From Octopus vulgaris (Eukaryota): 64,000 bases of DNA. Below the pieces are notes generated by a model that saw nothing but the letters and a program-made list of their open reading frames with translations, was not told the origin of the DNA and made no database searches. A program made the position numbers and the translations under genes. The stretch lies in assembly GCA_951406725.2 (NCBI GenBank), contig OX597818.1, forward strand, positions 21,514,001 through 21,578,000, in the 5' to 3' direction. Shown piece by piece: positions 39,066-51,917 of this stretch. Position 1 is the stretch's first letter; each line of letters opens with the position of its first letter.

Positions 39066-41499
39066 GCATGATGATCATTCTTTTGAGTTTAGTTTTTCCA
39101 TGTTGATGTGAGTTGGATGGGCCTGATGTGCAATAAAATTGCCACTTGATCTTGTCATCTTGTTTTTGAGTCTCATAACTTCCACTCATTTCCTCTTTGA
39201 TAATTTTCTGCTCCAGACATTTTCCATTAATGGCACCTGCTTTTCATTGTCCAATCATATCACATCTTGTGCCAGATCAGTTGAATTACTTGCATACTTA
39301 ACCTGATTCCCTTAATGCATATTAGTTTTGTTTGTCTGCTACATGTGCTTCGTTTTTCATGTAAGTAAGTTTTCTATCTCCTATGGATCATAGCCAACTA
39401 ATTTCTCTGTAGCTTTTACAGATCTTCCTTGGCCAATTATGATGTCCCTCTGCTGTGCAGTATCACACTCATTTAGCAAGAAAAGAGAAACCTTCTGTTG
39501 CCATACTTCTTGTACAGCTATCTAAAGAAAACATTGTTGGTGGTATTCTTCTTGGCAACTATTCTTCATTTCTTTATAAGATCTTAGGTTAATGCTGCAC
39601 TAGGCATTTAATGAACAAATGAAATTCAGATTATTACTGGCAGTGGAAAGGAATAGTCATATAAACTTATTGATGTTGAAAAAGTAGTTGCAGAATTTTG
39701 AGGCTCTTTGACTGTGTGATAAAGGCGGTTGTAAGTTCAAATCTTAAATCTGTTGTTTTACTTCTGAGCAAAGTCCATACATAATTCTTATTGCTTCAAT
39801 TTGTCTGATGTAGAAGTAGAAAGGACATCTATCTGATTGTAAAAAAAGCTATAACTCTGGCAATGTAGATTATAGAAAAAGAGGTGAAAACAGTATAATA
39901 AAAGGAGAAACACCTCAAAAATGATTTAAATTATTTGGTGAATTTTATCTTTGTAAATGTGGTTACATTTCATTATAGTTCAGTTTTGCTTAAAAGTCTT
40001 TTTAAAACTGATTTGTCATCTATTTTAAAATGTAATCTATGTGTTTGTTTTATTTTATCTAAATCTATTTTTAAATGCTAGGTTGTTTGAAATGTAACTG
40101 CGGCCAAATGAAATATTTATGTTAATCAAATTATACTTATTATTGATATGAGATACTGCAGTAGATTGCAGAATCCTGAGAGTAGGATAAATTGCCTTGC
40201 AGTGTTTACTTAACATTCTTTATATTCTGAGTTCAGATCTTACACAAATCAACATTTATAGAGCTGATAAAATGTCATTTATGCACTAGTTTGATTTAAT
40301 TGACTCTGTCCCCCTTTGAAATGAGTTGCTGTGTGCCAGTACTAAAATTAAAAAAACCCAAAAAAAACAAAAAGACCATTATTGTAACAAATGAAAATTA
40401 TAAAGAAATGTTAAAATGGTAAAAAAACAAACCAATAAAAAACAAAACAAATGTATTCATTTTTTTATAGACCTGAAATAATACATCCCTGTGCTACAGA
40501 TTTGTATTTTATTATTATTTCTCTCCATCATTGAAAAGCTTTTGTTAATTAATGAAATATTTGAGTTATCCACTCAGCCAACTAGACAATTATATTCTGT
40601 TTAGATATGTTTAACTCTGATTCCTCAGCCAAATCACTGTTTGTTTTCACTTAGCGCCCTTTCTACCAAAGCATTTAAGCTATTTTTACTCATACATGAA
40701 ATCTGATCTCAATGAATGAATTATTCTGACCTTTAAAGGAGGGAAAAAATTATAAATGAGGGGTAAAGAAAGGAAAGTTCTTTGACCAATTCACTAATGG
40801 TAAAGGGAGAGATGGTGAAATGTTTATTTACATTGCAAGCAGTATGGTAACTACCAACTTCAATTTTTGCAAATCAGAGTAATTCATTAAATCTATCTTA
40901 GCATTTGTAGAAGATATAATTTTAGTTAGAGCAAGTGTGTGTGTAGGATGATTTTTATTTTTATTGATATGAATAGTAGTTAAAACCTGATCACTAAAAA
41001 TTTTATTGACTATCACCTTACTGAAATGCTGTATTGACTTTCATTTCATCTGTTGATATTTCTCTCTTGATGTATTTTTCTTTATTTTTCAAAATGGCTA
41101 AGTTTTCCTTTTTGTTTATTCTTTTATTGGTTTCAGTCATTGGACTTGGATTGTGGGTGTGCTGGGGAACTAACTTCATTTGACCTGATACTGATTTGAC
41201 TGGAAATTTATTTTATTAACCTTGAAAAGATGAAAATTAAAGTTAACTTGGGCAAAATTAGAACCTGCAATGTAAATAAATGCCATATAGTATTTTGTCT
41301 GATGCTCTGTTGATTTTTCCAAATCACCCAAGTGTGCAGATAAAAATATTAAGTTAGTGTTACCATATTTAATGCATGGAGTATACATAATTATGTAGAA
41401 AGGAAAATACAGTATGAGTTAAGGACTAACATAATCATCATTAACATATTATGATTCTACTTGTCACTCTGTAAGTTAAAAATTGGTATTATTATTAAG

Positions 41500-41720
41500 A
41501 TGGTTAGTTGGCAGAATTGTTGACATGCTAGATACAATGTTTCATGACCTTTCTTACAACTTTTATGTTCTGAGTTCAAATTCTACTGAGATTGACTTGG
41601 TTTTTCATCCTTTCAGGGTTGATAAAAATAAGTACCAGTTGAGCATTGAGGTTGATATAATTGACCAGTCCCCTCCTGTAAAATTTCAGGCCTTGTGCCT
41701 ATAATAGAAAGTATTATTAT
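41500..41720 (+). mobile_element. Old SINE family B copy
   Basis: ttctgagttcaaattc...tttcatcctttcagggttgataaaaataagtaccag, with CpGs converted to TG/CA. Confidence 0.75.
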
Positions 41721-41782
41721 TACTAGCAGAAATACTACCCTCCTGGTGGTTTTCTGCTTGTTTTAATTATTTCAGGAGACAA

Positions 41783-41821
41783 CTCTGAACATGTTTTGGT
41801 CTTATGATCTTATCAGCAAAG
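41783..41821 (-). ncRNA. Degenerate minimal hammerhead ribozyme motif (Penelope-like)
   Basis: Minus strand ctttg-ctgataa-gatc-ataa-gacc-aaa-acatgt-t-cagag: stem I, near-CUGAUGA core, stem II, GAAA>AAAA, palindromic stem III. Confidence 0.45.
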
Positions 41822-42929
41822 CACTAAGATTCACTGTATTTGACAAAGTAGTAATGGAAGAACCTTGAAGTGTATGTACAAGATTTTACTATGTTGTTTG
41901 GTGTAGAAATTTAAAAATAGCCTGGAGAATTAATGAGGTGGAAAAAATGAAGTGCCATCTATATGGAATCCAATAATTAAGTAGTGGTTGCATATTTAGA
42001 CTAGCAGCTTTTGGATTGGGAGTTAAAATGTACTGTAGTGCAATGTAGTGTCTAGTTAGTAAACTTAATTCTACATGCTTCAGTTCACCTAATTGTCAGA
42101 AAGAAGAATCAAGAATCTTTATCTGCAATAAAACATTGATCTATCCACATGAAGAATTATCTCTCATCTCTTTGATGCTACTTTTTGAAGTTAAGCACTA
42201 GTGCCATAGATACTTGTAATCCCGGAAATAATTAACTCTAGTTCTTTCTTTTCTTTTTTTTTTTAGCTGTTATCTTCAAACATTTAGAGAAAAATATATC
42301 ATGACTACATGTAACCAGTAGAATTGTAGAAGATTAATGGCAGTCTGCATTTGAAAAGATTAACTGAAAAAGAATCATATTTCACTGACCTGACAGCACT
42401 AACATATTCAACATTTTATATACTTTTTCCTAATTTAAAAGTATTTATTGTTGAATTTTCATTTGACAGAGTAATTTGAATGCTAATGGGTTAACCACTA
42501 TTGTTCTCAGGCCTACACTGACCTGGAGTAGTAGCACCTATTAGGGTCCTAGCTGTGAGTTAACTAGAATGTCAACTAAACTCTGCCTTATTTTATTTCC
42601 TTCACCAAATCCAGAACAGTGTCTTTTACAGCACCTGGCAGCTGTCCTGGTCACATGCCCCTTGTGTCTATTACCTACAATGGGACAAAGCCAAGCAAGC
42701 TGGCTGTAGAGGTACCCCACTACATACCTTGAATGCAGCAGTTTGCTGCAGCTTGTCCTTTGACCCCATTGATTTTGGTTCACCTTCTTGCCACTAGACC
42801 AGTTACAGATAAGTCAAGTTGTGCGGTGAAGGATTGTGTGCCCTTCTCACTACTGGAAACAAATTTTGTGCAGATTTTGATCCATCTCAGCCTTCTTCCT
42901 TCATTTTCCTCCTTTTTTTTTCTACTCCC

Positions 42930-44330
42930 AAGTCCATTGGCAATCAACAGCTGATGTTGGAGGCAAGCATGGCTGATGCTGGTAGCCTCTAGCTTGAAAT
43001 TTGCATGATGGTAGTATGAATAAGATGGTCACTGAAATCTGCACCAGGGGACATCAGGCTTCTTCAGTCCTGCTCATGTGTCCTGGCAGCCCTATTTAGG
43101 GAAGGCACTGCCTCCCTCAATCTAAGTGACGGCCTAGAAAAGGTGGCCCAAACAAAGCTTGCTCTGTTTTACCCAGTCAGGAAACTGTGCCTGACAGGTG
43201 ACCTTTCTAATGAGATTGAAACTTCAAGAAATTGCTAATTGTTTTCTGGAATGTCAGAACTTTATTTGATCCTCCTAATTCAGATTGATCTCATCGAAAA
43301 ACTGCTCTGGTTGCATCTGAGCTGAATGCAACGTGCACATAGTGGATCTTAGCGAGATGTGTTTCTCAGAGGAAGGCTCTGTCACTGAACTGGCAGAGGG
43401 ATACACATTCTAATGGAAGAGTGTCACTGATGGCACTGGAGTGGTCTTTGCTGTGAAGACCTGTTGCACTGCATGAATGTCTCTTCAGGTTGTGGCTCAC
43501 TCTCTCCAAAGTTCAGTTTGCCACCATCGACAGTGCCTATGCACCCACCTTGGACTCTCCTGAAGAAGCTAAGGACAGATCCTACATGTCTGGACAATGT
43601 CATCTGAAGGATACCCAAGTCTGATAAGATCATTCTGCTTGGATATTTCAATATCAGGGTCAGTCAAAGCTATCTCATGTGGCATGGCATTATTGGTCAT
43701 CATGGTGTTGGGAAAATGAATGCCAGTGGCCTTCATCTTCTAACTTTCTGTTCCCAACATGAACCAACACATTACCAACACAGTTTTCCAGTTCCCAACA
43801 ATCCATAAAGTCTCCTGGATGCATCCTTGACCCAAATCCTGGAACCTTCTTGACCGTGTGATAGTTCAACAAAGGTATCATAAGGATGTCTTGATCACTT
43901 GTACTATGAAGGGTGTAGAATGTTGGCTAGACCATTAAATGATCAGCTCTCTTCTTCGTCTGACTCTGAAACCTCCAATCTGAAAATCACAGTCCTGAGA
44001 AGCTTACTTAGCTTCAATGCAGAATTCAAGATGAGCTCCTGCCTATCCCAGATCTGCTGACTTCACTTAAGAAGAAATCAACAACTACTGGGACTCATCC
44101 CTCATTGTTCTACGAGACTCTGCCTTGGGATAACTACACATTTCAACCCTGACTAGTTTGGTGAACTGGCTGAGATCATACAACTTGTCCTATCTGAAAA
44201 GAACAAGCTTGACAATGCTGTTCTAGCCAACCCGGTCTCTACAGCCCTGCCCCTAAAATAGAAGGATGTTTGTGCTTCCACACAACATGTCGTCAGGAAT
44301 GTCAATTCCTAAAATGCATTCGTGAAGTAA
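42930..44330 (+). mobile_element. RTE-BovB-like LINE 5' part (apurinic endonuclease), decayed
   Basis: Remnants TALVASEL, EEGSVTE..EGYTF, SAYAPTLDSPEEAKD, DKIILLGYFNIRV, GIIGHHGVGKMNASG, SWMHP*PKSWNLLD and CWLDH. Confidence 0.88.
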
Positions 44331-44404
44331 AATTATGTAGCAACACCAAATGGTGGTACCTCAGCATGGCCACAGCTCATAAGCTGAAACTAAATATAAA
44401 AAAA

Positions 44405-44441
44405 ATATATATGTACATATATATATGTACATATATATATA

Positions 44442-44527
<86 letters not shown>
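44405..44527. repeat. Long (TA)n microsatellite
   Basis: Seen directly; explains the IYIYIY ORFs. Confidence 0.97.
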
Positions 44528-44535
<8 letters not shown>

Positions 44536-44539
44536 TATG

Positions 44540-45075
44540 GAAGAGCTAGACCCAGGAAGACCTGGGATGAAGTGGTGAAGCATGACCTTTAACATTAGGC
44601 CTCACCGGGGCAATGACTAGTGACCAAGATTTTGGAAATATGCTGTGCTTGAGAAGACCCAGCTAGCCAAATGAGACCATAACCTCATGGCCTATGCCCA
44701 CTTATGCGTACCTTTCCTTCATTGGACACTAAACTCTGCTTGCGAAGTCCTGTTGAGGCAAGTGAAATTGAAATCAAATTCGATGACTAGCATCTGTGCT
44801 AGTGGAGCACTAAGAGCACCATCCGAGTGTGATTGTTGCCAGAGCAGCTAACTGGCTTCTGTGCTGGCAGCACGTGAAGAGCGCCATTCGAGCGTGATCA
44901 TTACCAGTGTCGCCTTACTGGCACTTGTGCCGGTGGCATGTGAAAAAGCATTCAAGCAAGGTCGTTGCCAGTGCCGCTGGACTGGCCCTCGTGCTGCTGG
45001 CACATAAAAGCACCCACTACAGTCTTGGAGTGGTTGGCATTAGGAAGGGCATCCAGTTGTGGAAACTCTGACAGT
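44540..45075 (+). mobile_element. RTE LINE 3' end
   Basis: [35 protein letters not shown], then a 3' UTR with ~60-bp subunits and the ttaggaagggcatccag tail. Confidence 0.85.
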
Positions 45076-45839
45076 TATTAACATTTAATAATTAACCATA
45101 AATATATGTTTATTATAATTAACTATAAATACATGTTAAGGTAGTATAGAAATATACAAATATGGAATTATTTCTATATTCTCTGTCCCTCCATTGTGTA
45201 AAATCTTTTGATAATACTGAAAGTAATCAGAAATATTCTTCTTATTGCTCTTTGAAATAACTCTAAAATGTATCTGTGTATATATAAAAATTACTGTTTT
45301 TATAGTTGGTAAATAGTTAATGCTATGTTTTACTCTCCCTACCCCAATTAGCATTAGCCTGCAAACTTAGCTGAAATATATTCTTACTGAACCAAATAGT
45401 TTTTACTTCAAAGAAATCTTGATTTATGACTCTGCCACTTAAATTGTCTATTTTACCCTATCCATAAAGGATAGATTCTAGTTTCTATTAGACTTGATAA
45501 ACTAGTCTATAAATTAAAACTAAACCCCCCTCTCCAGCTAGTAAATCTGAATAACAAATATAATCAATGATAAGCAGTGTCTTCCTTTGAAAAATCTCAG
45601 AACTGTGATGTTGTTGATAAAACATGTTCTTTGTCTATCTACTTATCCCCTTTGTGATTTTGGATAAAAAGAAAACTACAAATGAATCCCTCAAATTTAT
45701 ATAAATTCTATATTTTTATGCAGCTGAAGATTGCTCTACATTTTAAATTGATGTTATGTTTGCATTGTTCAATTAAATGGAGTCGCATGAAACAATCGTA
45801 CTGCATTATTTCTGGATATCCTTGTTGCTTATTTTGATT

Positions 45840-47885
45840 CATCATCATCATCATCATTTAACGTCCGCTTTCCATGCTAGCATGGGTTGGACGGTTCAAC
45901 TGGGGTCTGGGGAGCCCGAAAGCTGCACCAGTCCAGTCAGATCTGGCAGTGTTTCTACAGCTGGATGCCCTTCCTAACGCCAACCACTCCGAGAGTGTAG
46001 TGGGTGATTTTATGTGCCACCGACACAGGTGCCAGACGAGGCTGGCAAACGGCCACGCTCGGATGGTGTTTTTTATGTGCCACCGACACAGGTGCCAGAC
46101 GAGGCTGGCAGACGGCCACGCTCGGATGGTGTTTTTATGTGCCACCGACACAGGTGCCAGATGAGGCTGGCAAAACGGCCACGATCGGATGGTGCTTGTT
46201 ACGTGCCCACAGCACGGAGGCCAGTCGATGCGGTACTGGCTACGGCCACGTTCGGATGGTTTTCTTGTGTGCCACGTGCCACCGGCACTGGTACCACAAG
46301 GATACAAATTCCATTGATGTTCATCTATTTTGATTTGTTTGATTTGATTTGATTTTCACTTGCCTCAACAGGTCTTCACAAGTGTCACAAGAAGGAAGGT
46401 ATGCACAGGTGGACTGACTACGTCCCAGGTAGGGGCCATGGGTTATGGCCTGACTAGTCTTGCCGGGTCTTCGGATGGTGTTTTTATGTGCCACCGACAC
46501 AGGTGCTAGATGAGGCTGGCGAACAGCCACGATCGGATGGTGTTTGTCATGTGCCCACCGCACTGACTACAGCACTGATGGATTTCTTGTGTGCAACAGG
46601 CACTGGTACCACAGGATACAAATTCCATTGATGTTCATCTATTTTGTCTATTTTGATTTGATTTGATTTGATTTTCACTTGCCTCAACCGGTCTTCACAA
46701 GTGTCACAAGAGGAAGGTATGCACAGGTGGACTGACTAGTCTTGCCGGGTCTTCAGAAGGTGTTTTTATGTGCCACCGACACAGGTGCCAGATGAGGCTG
46801 GCGAACGGCCATGATCGGATGGTGTTTGTTACGTGCCCACAGCACGGAGGCCGGTCGATGCGGAACTGGCTACGGCCACGTTCGGATGGTTCTCTTGTGT
46901 GCCACCGGCACTGGTACCACAAAGTGTGTGCCACCGGCACTGGTACCACAAAGATACAGATTCCATTGATGTTCATCTATTTTGATTTGTTTTGATTTTG
47001 ATTTTCACTTGCCTCAACAGGTCTTCACAAGTGTCACAAGAAGGAAGGTATGCACAGGTGGACTGACTACGTCCCAGGTAGGGGCCATGGGTTATGGCCT
47101 GACTAGTCTTGCCGGGTCTTCGGATGGTGTTTTTATGTGCCACCGACACAGGTGCTAGATGAGGCTGGCGAACGGCCACGATCGGATGGTGTTTGTCATG
47201 TGCCCACAGCACGGAGGCCAGTCGATGCGGTACTGGCTACGGCCACTTTCGGATGGTTTTCTCTTGTGTGCCACCGGCACTGGTACCACAAAGATACAAA
47301 TTCCATTGATGTTCATCTATTTTGATTTGTTTTTTGATTTGATTTTGATTTTCACTTGCCTCAACAGGCCTTCACAAGTATCACAAGGAGGAAGGTATGC
47401 ACACGGGTGGACTGACTACGTCCCAGGTAGGGGCCATGGTTTATGGCCTGACTAGTCTTGTCGGGTCTTCGGATGGTGTTTTTATGTGCCACCGACACAG
47501 GTGCTAGATGAGGCTGGCGAACGGCCACGACCGGATGGTGTTTGTTATGTGCCCACAGCACGATGGCCAGTGATGCGGTACTGACTACGGCCATGTTCGG
47601 ATGGATTCTTGTGTGCCGCCGGCACTGGTACCACAAGCGGTACTGACTACTTTTTATGTGCCACCGACACAGGTGCTAGATGAGGCTGGTGAACGGTCAC
47701 GACCGGATGGTGTTTGTTATGTGCCCACAGCACGATGGCCAGTGATGCGGTACTGACTACGGCCATGTTCGGATGGATTCTTGTGTGCCACCGGCACTGG
47801 TACCACAAGCGGTACTGACTACGGCCACGTTCGGATGGATTCTTGTGTGCCACCGGCACTGGTACCACAAAGATACAAATTCCAT

Positions 47886-47888
<3 letters not shown>
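45840..47888 (-). repeat. RTE 3' UTR amplified into a hierarchical tandem array
   Basis: (GAT)n tail at ~45840; ~62-bp subunits; higher-order units marked by gcctcaac at 46362, 46681, 47011 and 47358. Confidence 0.92.
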
Positions 47889-47918
<30 letters not shown>

Positions 47919-47921
<3 letters not shown>

Positions 47922-49113
47922 TGAACTCATCACACACTCCCTCAGGTAGGTGGCCCTGCTCGATCTGTAGAACAGGTATAGGTAGAAACTCCATAAGATG
48001 TACCCAGTGTAAGCTATGGACATATAAGAAGTACAGCAACATCAAAGGAAGATTAACCGAGAAGATAGCTTTCGTGTGCGACAGATGCACAGGGACAATA
48101 GACACCACATATGCTCAGAAAACAGATTCCATCACACTCCAGGGAGAGAAACTAGTAGTTGAAAGCTTCCGCTACCTAGGTAACCAAGTTTGTAGTGGGG
48201 GTGGATGCTCAGAGAGTGTTACCACCAGAATAAGAATAGCCTGGGCAAAGTTTAGAAAGTTTCTACCCTTATTGGTGACAAAGGGTCTCTGGCTCAGAGT
48301 GAAAGGTAGATTGTACAATGCATGTGTGTGAACTGCCATGCTTCACGGAAGACATGCATAGGCTTGAAAGAAATGAAGCTAGCATGATCTGCTGGATGTG
48401 CCCTGAGAGAAATGTTGGACATAAGAAGTATCGGATGTGGCGTGCAAGAAAGACGTTTGTGTTGATATGGTCATGTACTATGGATGGATGAGGAGAGATG
48501 TGTGAAGTGCCATTCCCAAACTGTTGAAGGAATCTGGGGTAGAGGTAGACCCAGGAAGACATGGGATTAGGTGGTTAAGCCTGACTTTCAAACATTGGGC
48601 CTCACAGAGGCAATGACGAAAGACCGAGACCTCTGGAGATATGCTAACTGCGAAGAACCCACTAATAAAGTGAGTCCACGGCGTATCCTACAACAGCTTC
48701 ACATAACCAGCCCCAGCCCATTCAAAGTACCTTGGATCATAGGATGACCTGCTGTGCTTGAGGAAACCTATTGAGTCAAGTACATCAAAATAAAAGTCAA
48801 ATGGTAATTGTAGTTGTGATACCCGTGCTGGTCGCATGTAAAAAGCACCATCCAAATGTGGCTGATGCCAGCGCCATCTTGACTGGCTTACGTGCTAGTG
48901 GCATGTAAAAAGCACCAACTGATTGTGGCCATAGCCAGCCACCTCTGGCCCCTGTGCTGGTGGCACGTAAAAAGCACCCACTACACTCATGGAGTGGTTG
49001 GCGTTAGGAAGGGTATCCAGCTGTAGAAACACTGCCAGATCAGACTGGAGCCGGTCGAACCATCCAACCCATGCTAGCATGGAAAACGGACGTTCAACAG
49101 TGATGATGATGAT
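47919..49113 (+). mobile_element. RTE LINE 3' portion with a PHD-like finger in the RT C-terminal region
   Basis: WPCSIC..CTQC..WTYKKYS..CDRC, VVESFRYLG, RIRIAWAKFR, LRVKGRLYNACV, GRGRPRKTW, then the 3' UTR and (GAT)n tail. Confidence 0.92.
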
Positions 49114-49117
49114 ATAT

Positions 49118-49325
49118 ACTCTTTACTCTTTTACTCTTCTACTTGTTTCAGTCATTTGACTGCGGCTATGCTGTAGCACCACCTTTAGTTGAGCAAATCG
49201 ACCCCGGGACTTGTTCTTTGTAAGCCCAGTACTTATTCTATTGGTCTCTTTTGCTGAACCGCTAAGTGACGAGGACGTAAACACACCAGCATAGGTTGTC
49301 AAGCAATGCTAGAGGGACAAACACA

Positions 49326-49365
<40 letters not shown>

Positions 49366-49540
49366 TATATATATATACATATATACGACAGGCTTCTTTC
49401 AGTTTCCGTCTACCAAATCCACTCACAAGGCTTTGGTCGGCCTGAGGCTATAGCAGAAGACACTTGCCCAAGATGCCACGCAGTGGGACTGAACCTGGAA
49501 CCATGTGGTTGGTTAGCAAGCTACTTACCACACAGCCACT
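49118..49540 (-). mobile_element. Full-length SINE family A (tRNA head, CORE-like domain, central microsatellite)
   Basis: Minus strand gtggctgtgtggtaagtagc...ggttcagtcccactgcgtggcatcttgggcaagtgtcttc...(TA)(TG)n...gactgaaacaagt, ending in an (aagagtaa)n-like tail. Confidence 0.9.
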
Positions 49541-50149
49541 CATATATATATATGAAATCATTATATAAAATCACTATGAAAACTGTTCTGAACCTATCAT
49601 GGTGAAAAAAACATGTTTTTCCATTTAATAATTCAATGGATAATTGAGAGAACTAAAGTCTCATTTAGCTTTGCATATTCACTAAGTTTTTATTCATTAG
49701 CGTCATTCTACATTAATTCATATTTTTCATTGGAAATGTTTTCTTTCTGTTATGAAGTTTTTTCCTTACAATAGCTGCTAGAAAATATTGTTAAATTTAT
49801 TACAAGTTATACTTGATATAATAGCTAATTTTATTACATTCAGTTTATTGACTGATGTCTCAATTCTCCACAGACATGACTCCAGAGAGACAACAAGGCC
49901 TTGCAGTTTACCTCGATTTGCCTCATACAGCTACGCATTTCTGGGATATCATCATATATTTTTGTTAATGGATAACAGAGTTGTTTGTCTGATAAAATGC
50001 CTTTTGGTATTTAGTTATGATCCTTTTATGCTTTTAGCTCAAATCTCATTGGGGTTGATAAATTATGCTCATGTCAAGTATTACAATCAGTACAATTTAC
50101 TTTACACTATTTTGTATTTATGTACCTAAGGTGAAACTGTCCTTCTTTC

Positions 50150-50305
50150 ATCATCATCATTTAACATCTGTTTTCCATGATGACTGGGTTGGATGGTTTG
50201 ACAGGGACTGGCTAGGCAGAAGACTGCATCAAGCTTCATAATCTGTTTTGGCAGGGTTTTTATGGCTGGATACCCTTCCTAATGCCAACCACCTTACAGA
50301 GTTGA
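50150..50305 (-). mobile_element. RTE-type 3' tail fragment
   Basis: catcatcatcatttaacatctgttttccatg...ggatacccttcctaatgccaacc. Confidence 0.75.
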
Positions 50306-50745
50306 CTTTCAGTGTTCACAGATAAACTTATATTATTATTTTTATAACTTGCCACATGTTGGTATATATAAATTATGCAGCGGAGGTTTAATTAATATAG
50401 TCACTTCGCGAGACTACCAAAACGCTCTCTCCAACTACTACTGACACTACTTTTTATAAGAGTTTGGCTAGTCCATTCTTCCAATCCCTCAGGAGTGTCA
50501 ATGACTCTTGCCACAACATCTCCCCCATTAGATGTTATTAGTTTTTTTATTTATTTTTCTTGTATCTTTTACACAATATTGGCCTTTTCATACACTATCA
50601 GCTTGGAATTTGAAATTAGGAATTTGAAATTTTACACACTATCAGCCATTTCACACAGTATCGGCCTGGAGTTTGAAATTTGGAATTTGATTTTTTATTT
50701 CTTTTTTACATCATTACTTTTATATCCTGACGACTCGTTGCCAGA

Positions 50746-51296
50746 TGTTGTAACATAATTATTACCTGAGTCTTAGGTAGTATTGTTTGTTTTTGCACAC
50801 ACTACTTTTGTTAGCACTCTTGATTTTTGTTGTACAAAGCACTCTTATTTTTTGCTCGAACAGACTTTAGTGTGATTTTTTAACTCCAAGAAAACATCTC
50901 TAGCCAGTTAACACTGCACAGCTGCATCCAATATATTGTGAGCAGGGGAATCGAACCCTTACCATATTCTAGCGACAGAACCAACACAGTAATTGGAACA
51001 ACTACCATTTTGGCAACTTACGTTTTTGGTGCGAATTCAACGTGGAACTCTTACCAGGTTCTAGCAAAACTCTTCAATGACTTCTTCTGACTTTCACAGG
51101 ACATGATAGGTATTTTAGTGGTGGTACTTTGGCTGCTGCACATGCAACCTCTACCAGCTTTCACCAATTTCTTGATGTGCATGCAACAGATTGTACTGGG
51201 TTACATGTTACCAGTAGTGCCCAAAATGCGACCTGACCAGTGCAACATGTTGTACTGGGTTACAAGTTACCACTAGTGCCCAAGAACGATCTGACA
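50746..51296 (-). mobile_element. Probable LTR of a second Gypsy family inside the element above
   Basis: Minus strand begins tgtcag and ends acaaca, followed by PBS-like tggcaacgag. Contains a ~60-bp internal duplication and a ggttcgattcc box. Confidence 0.5.
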
Positions 51297-51917
51297 TTGT
51301 AGTGAGATCGGCATTATGACCCTCTGTGCATACATAGGCACATTATCACATATCAAATACAAATTCGAAACTGTGTTACATTCAGCCATACATATTTTTT
51401 TATTTGTTTCTTTGGCAGAATATAGTTACAGTATTTTTCAGGTTTGGTAGGGGATAATTCTCTTTAAAGTAGTTGTTGCACCTTCTCGTCATTCCAGTTT
51501 TTACATTCTTCTTTGAAGATTTCTTCAGATCTTCTGAAATATGAAGTAAAAGTAGTACCTTCCTCTGGGTTATAAATAAATTCTCCAATTGAATTTGCTA
51601 TGCTGTCTGACAAGAATGAAATGAAGTATTTTCAGACTTCTTCAACATTACTTCAAGTAACTGTTGGTATTGTTGCTGTTGTAGTTGTTGTACCTGCTGT
51701 TGTTGTTGCTGTTGTAACTGCACCATGCAAGCCAAGTTTTCCTTGTTAAATAATTTTTTCGTTGGTTTCATGCCCCCCCCCCCCATGTAAACGTCCTACG
51801 CAAGCTTCGAATATCTCATTGCCACTTTTATATCCTACCACAGGTTGGTATATATAAATTATGCAGCGGAAGTCTAATTAATGTGTTCACATGACATACT
51901 TTGTGAGACTACCAAAA

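Noticed and set aside
46340-46380. Minus-strand ctgttgaggcaagtgaaa as a hammerhead core
   Set aside because: The core is CUGUUGA with no convincing stems I-III. It looks like a duplicate of the ORF2-end sequence gaagacc...caagtgag.
45858-47900. Many overlapping 70-160 aa ORFs with repeated Cys/His/Trp motifs
   Set aside because: These are translations of the GC-richer tandem array, open in several frames on both strands.
49430-49540. tRNA gene
   Set aside because: The A and B boxes belong to a multi-copy SINE head, and no full cloverleaf is evident.
51598-51786. Poly-Q ORF as a host transcription-factor exon
   Set aside because: It lies just downstream of the PBS and continues into Mag-type gag homologous to 61037-61400.
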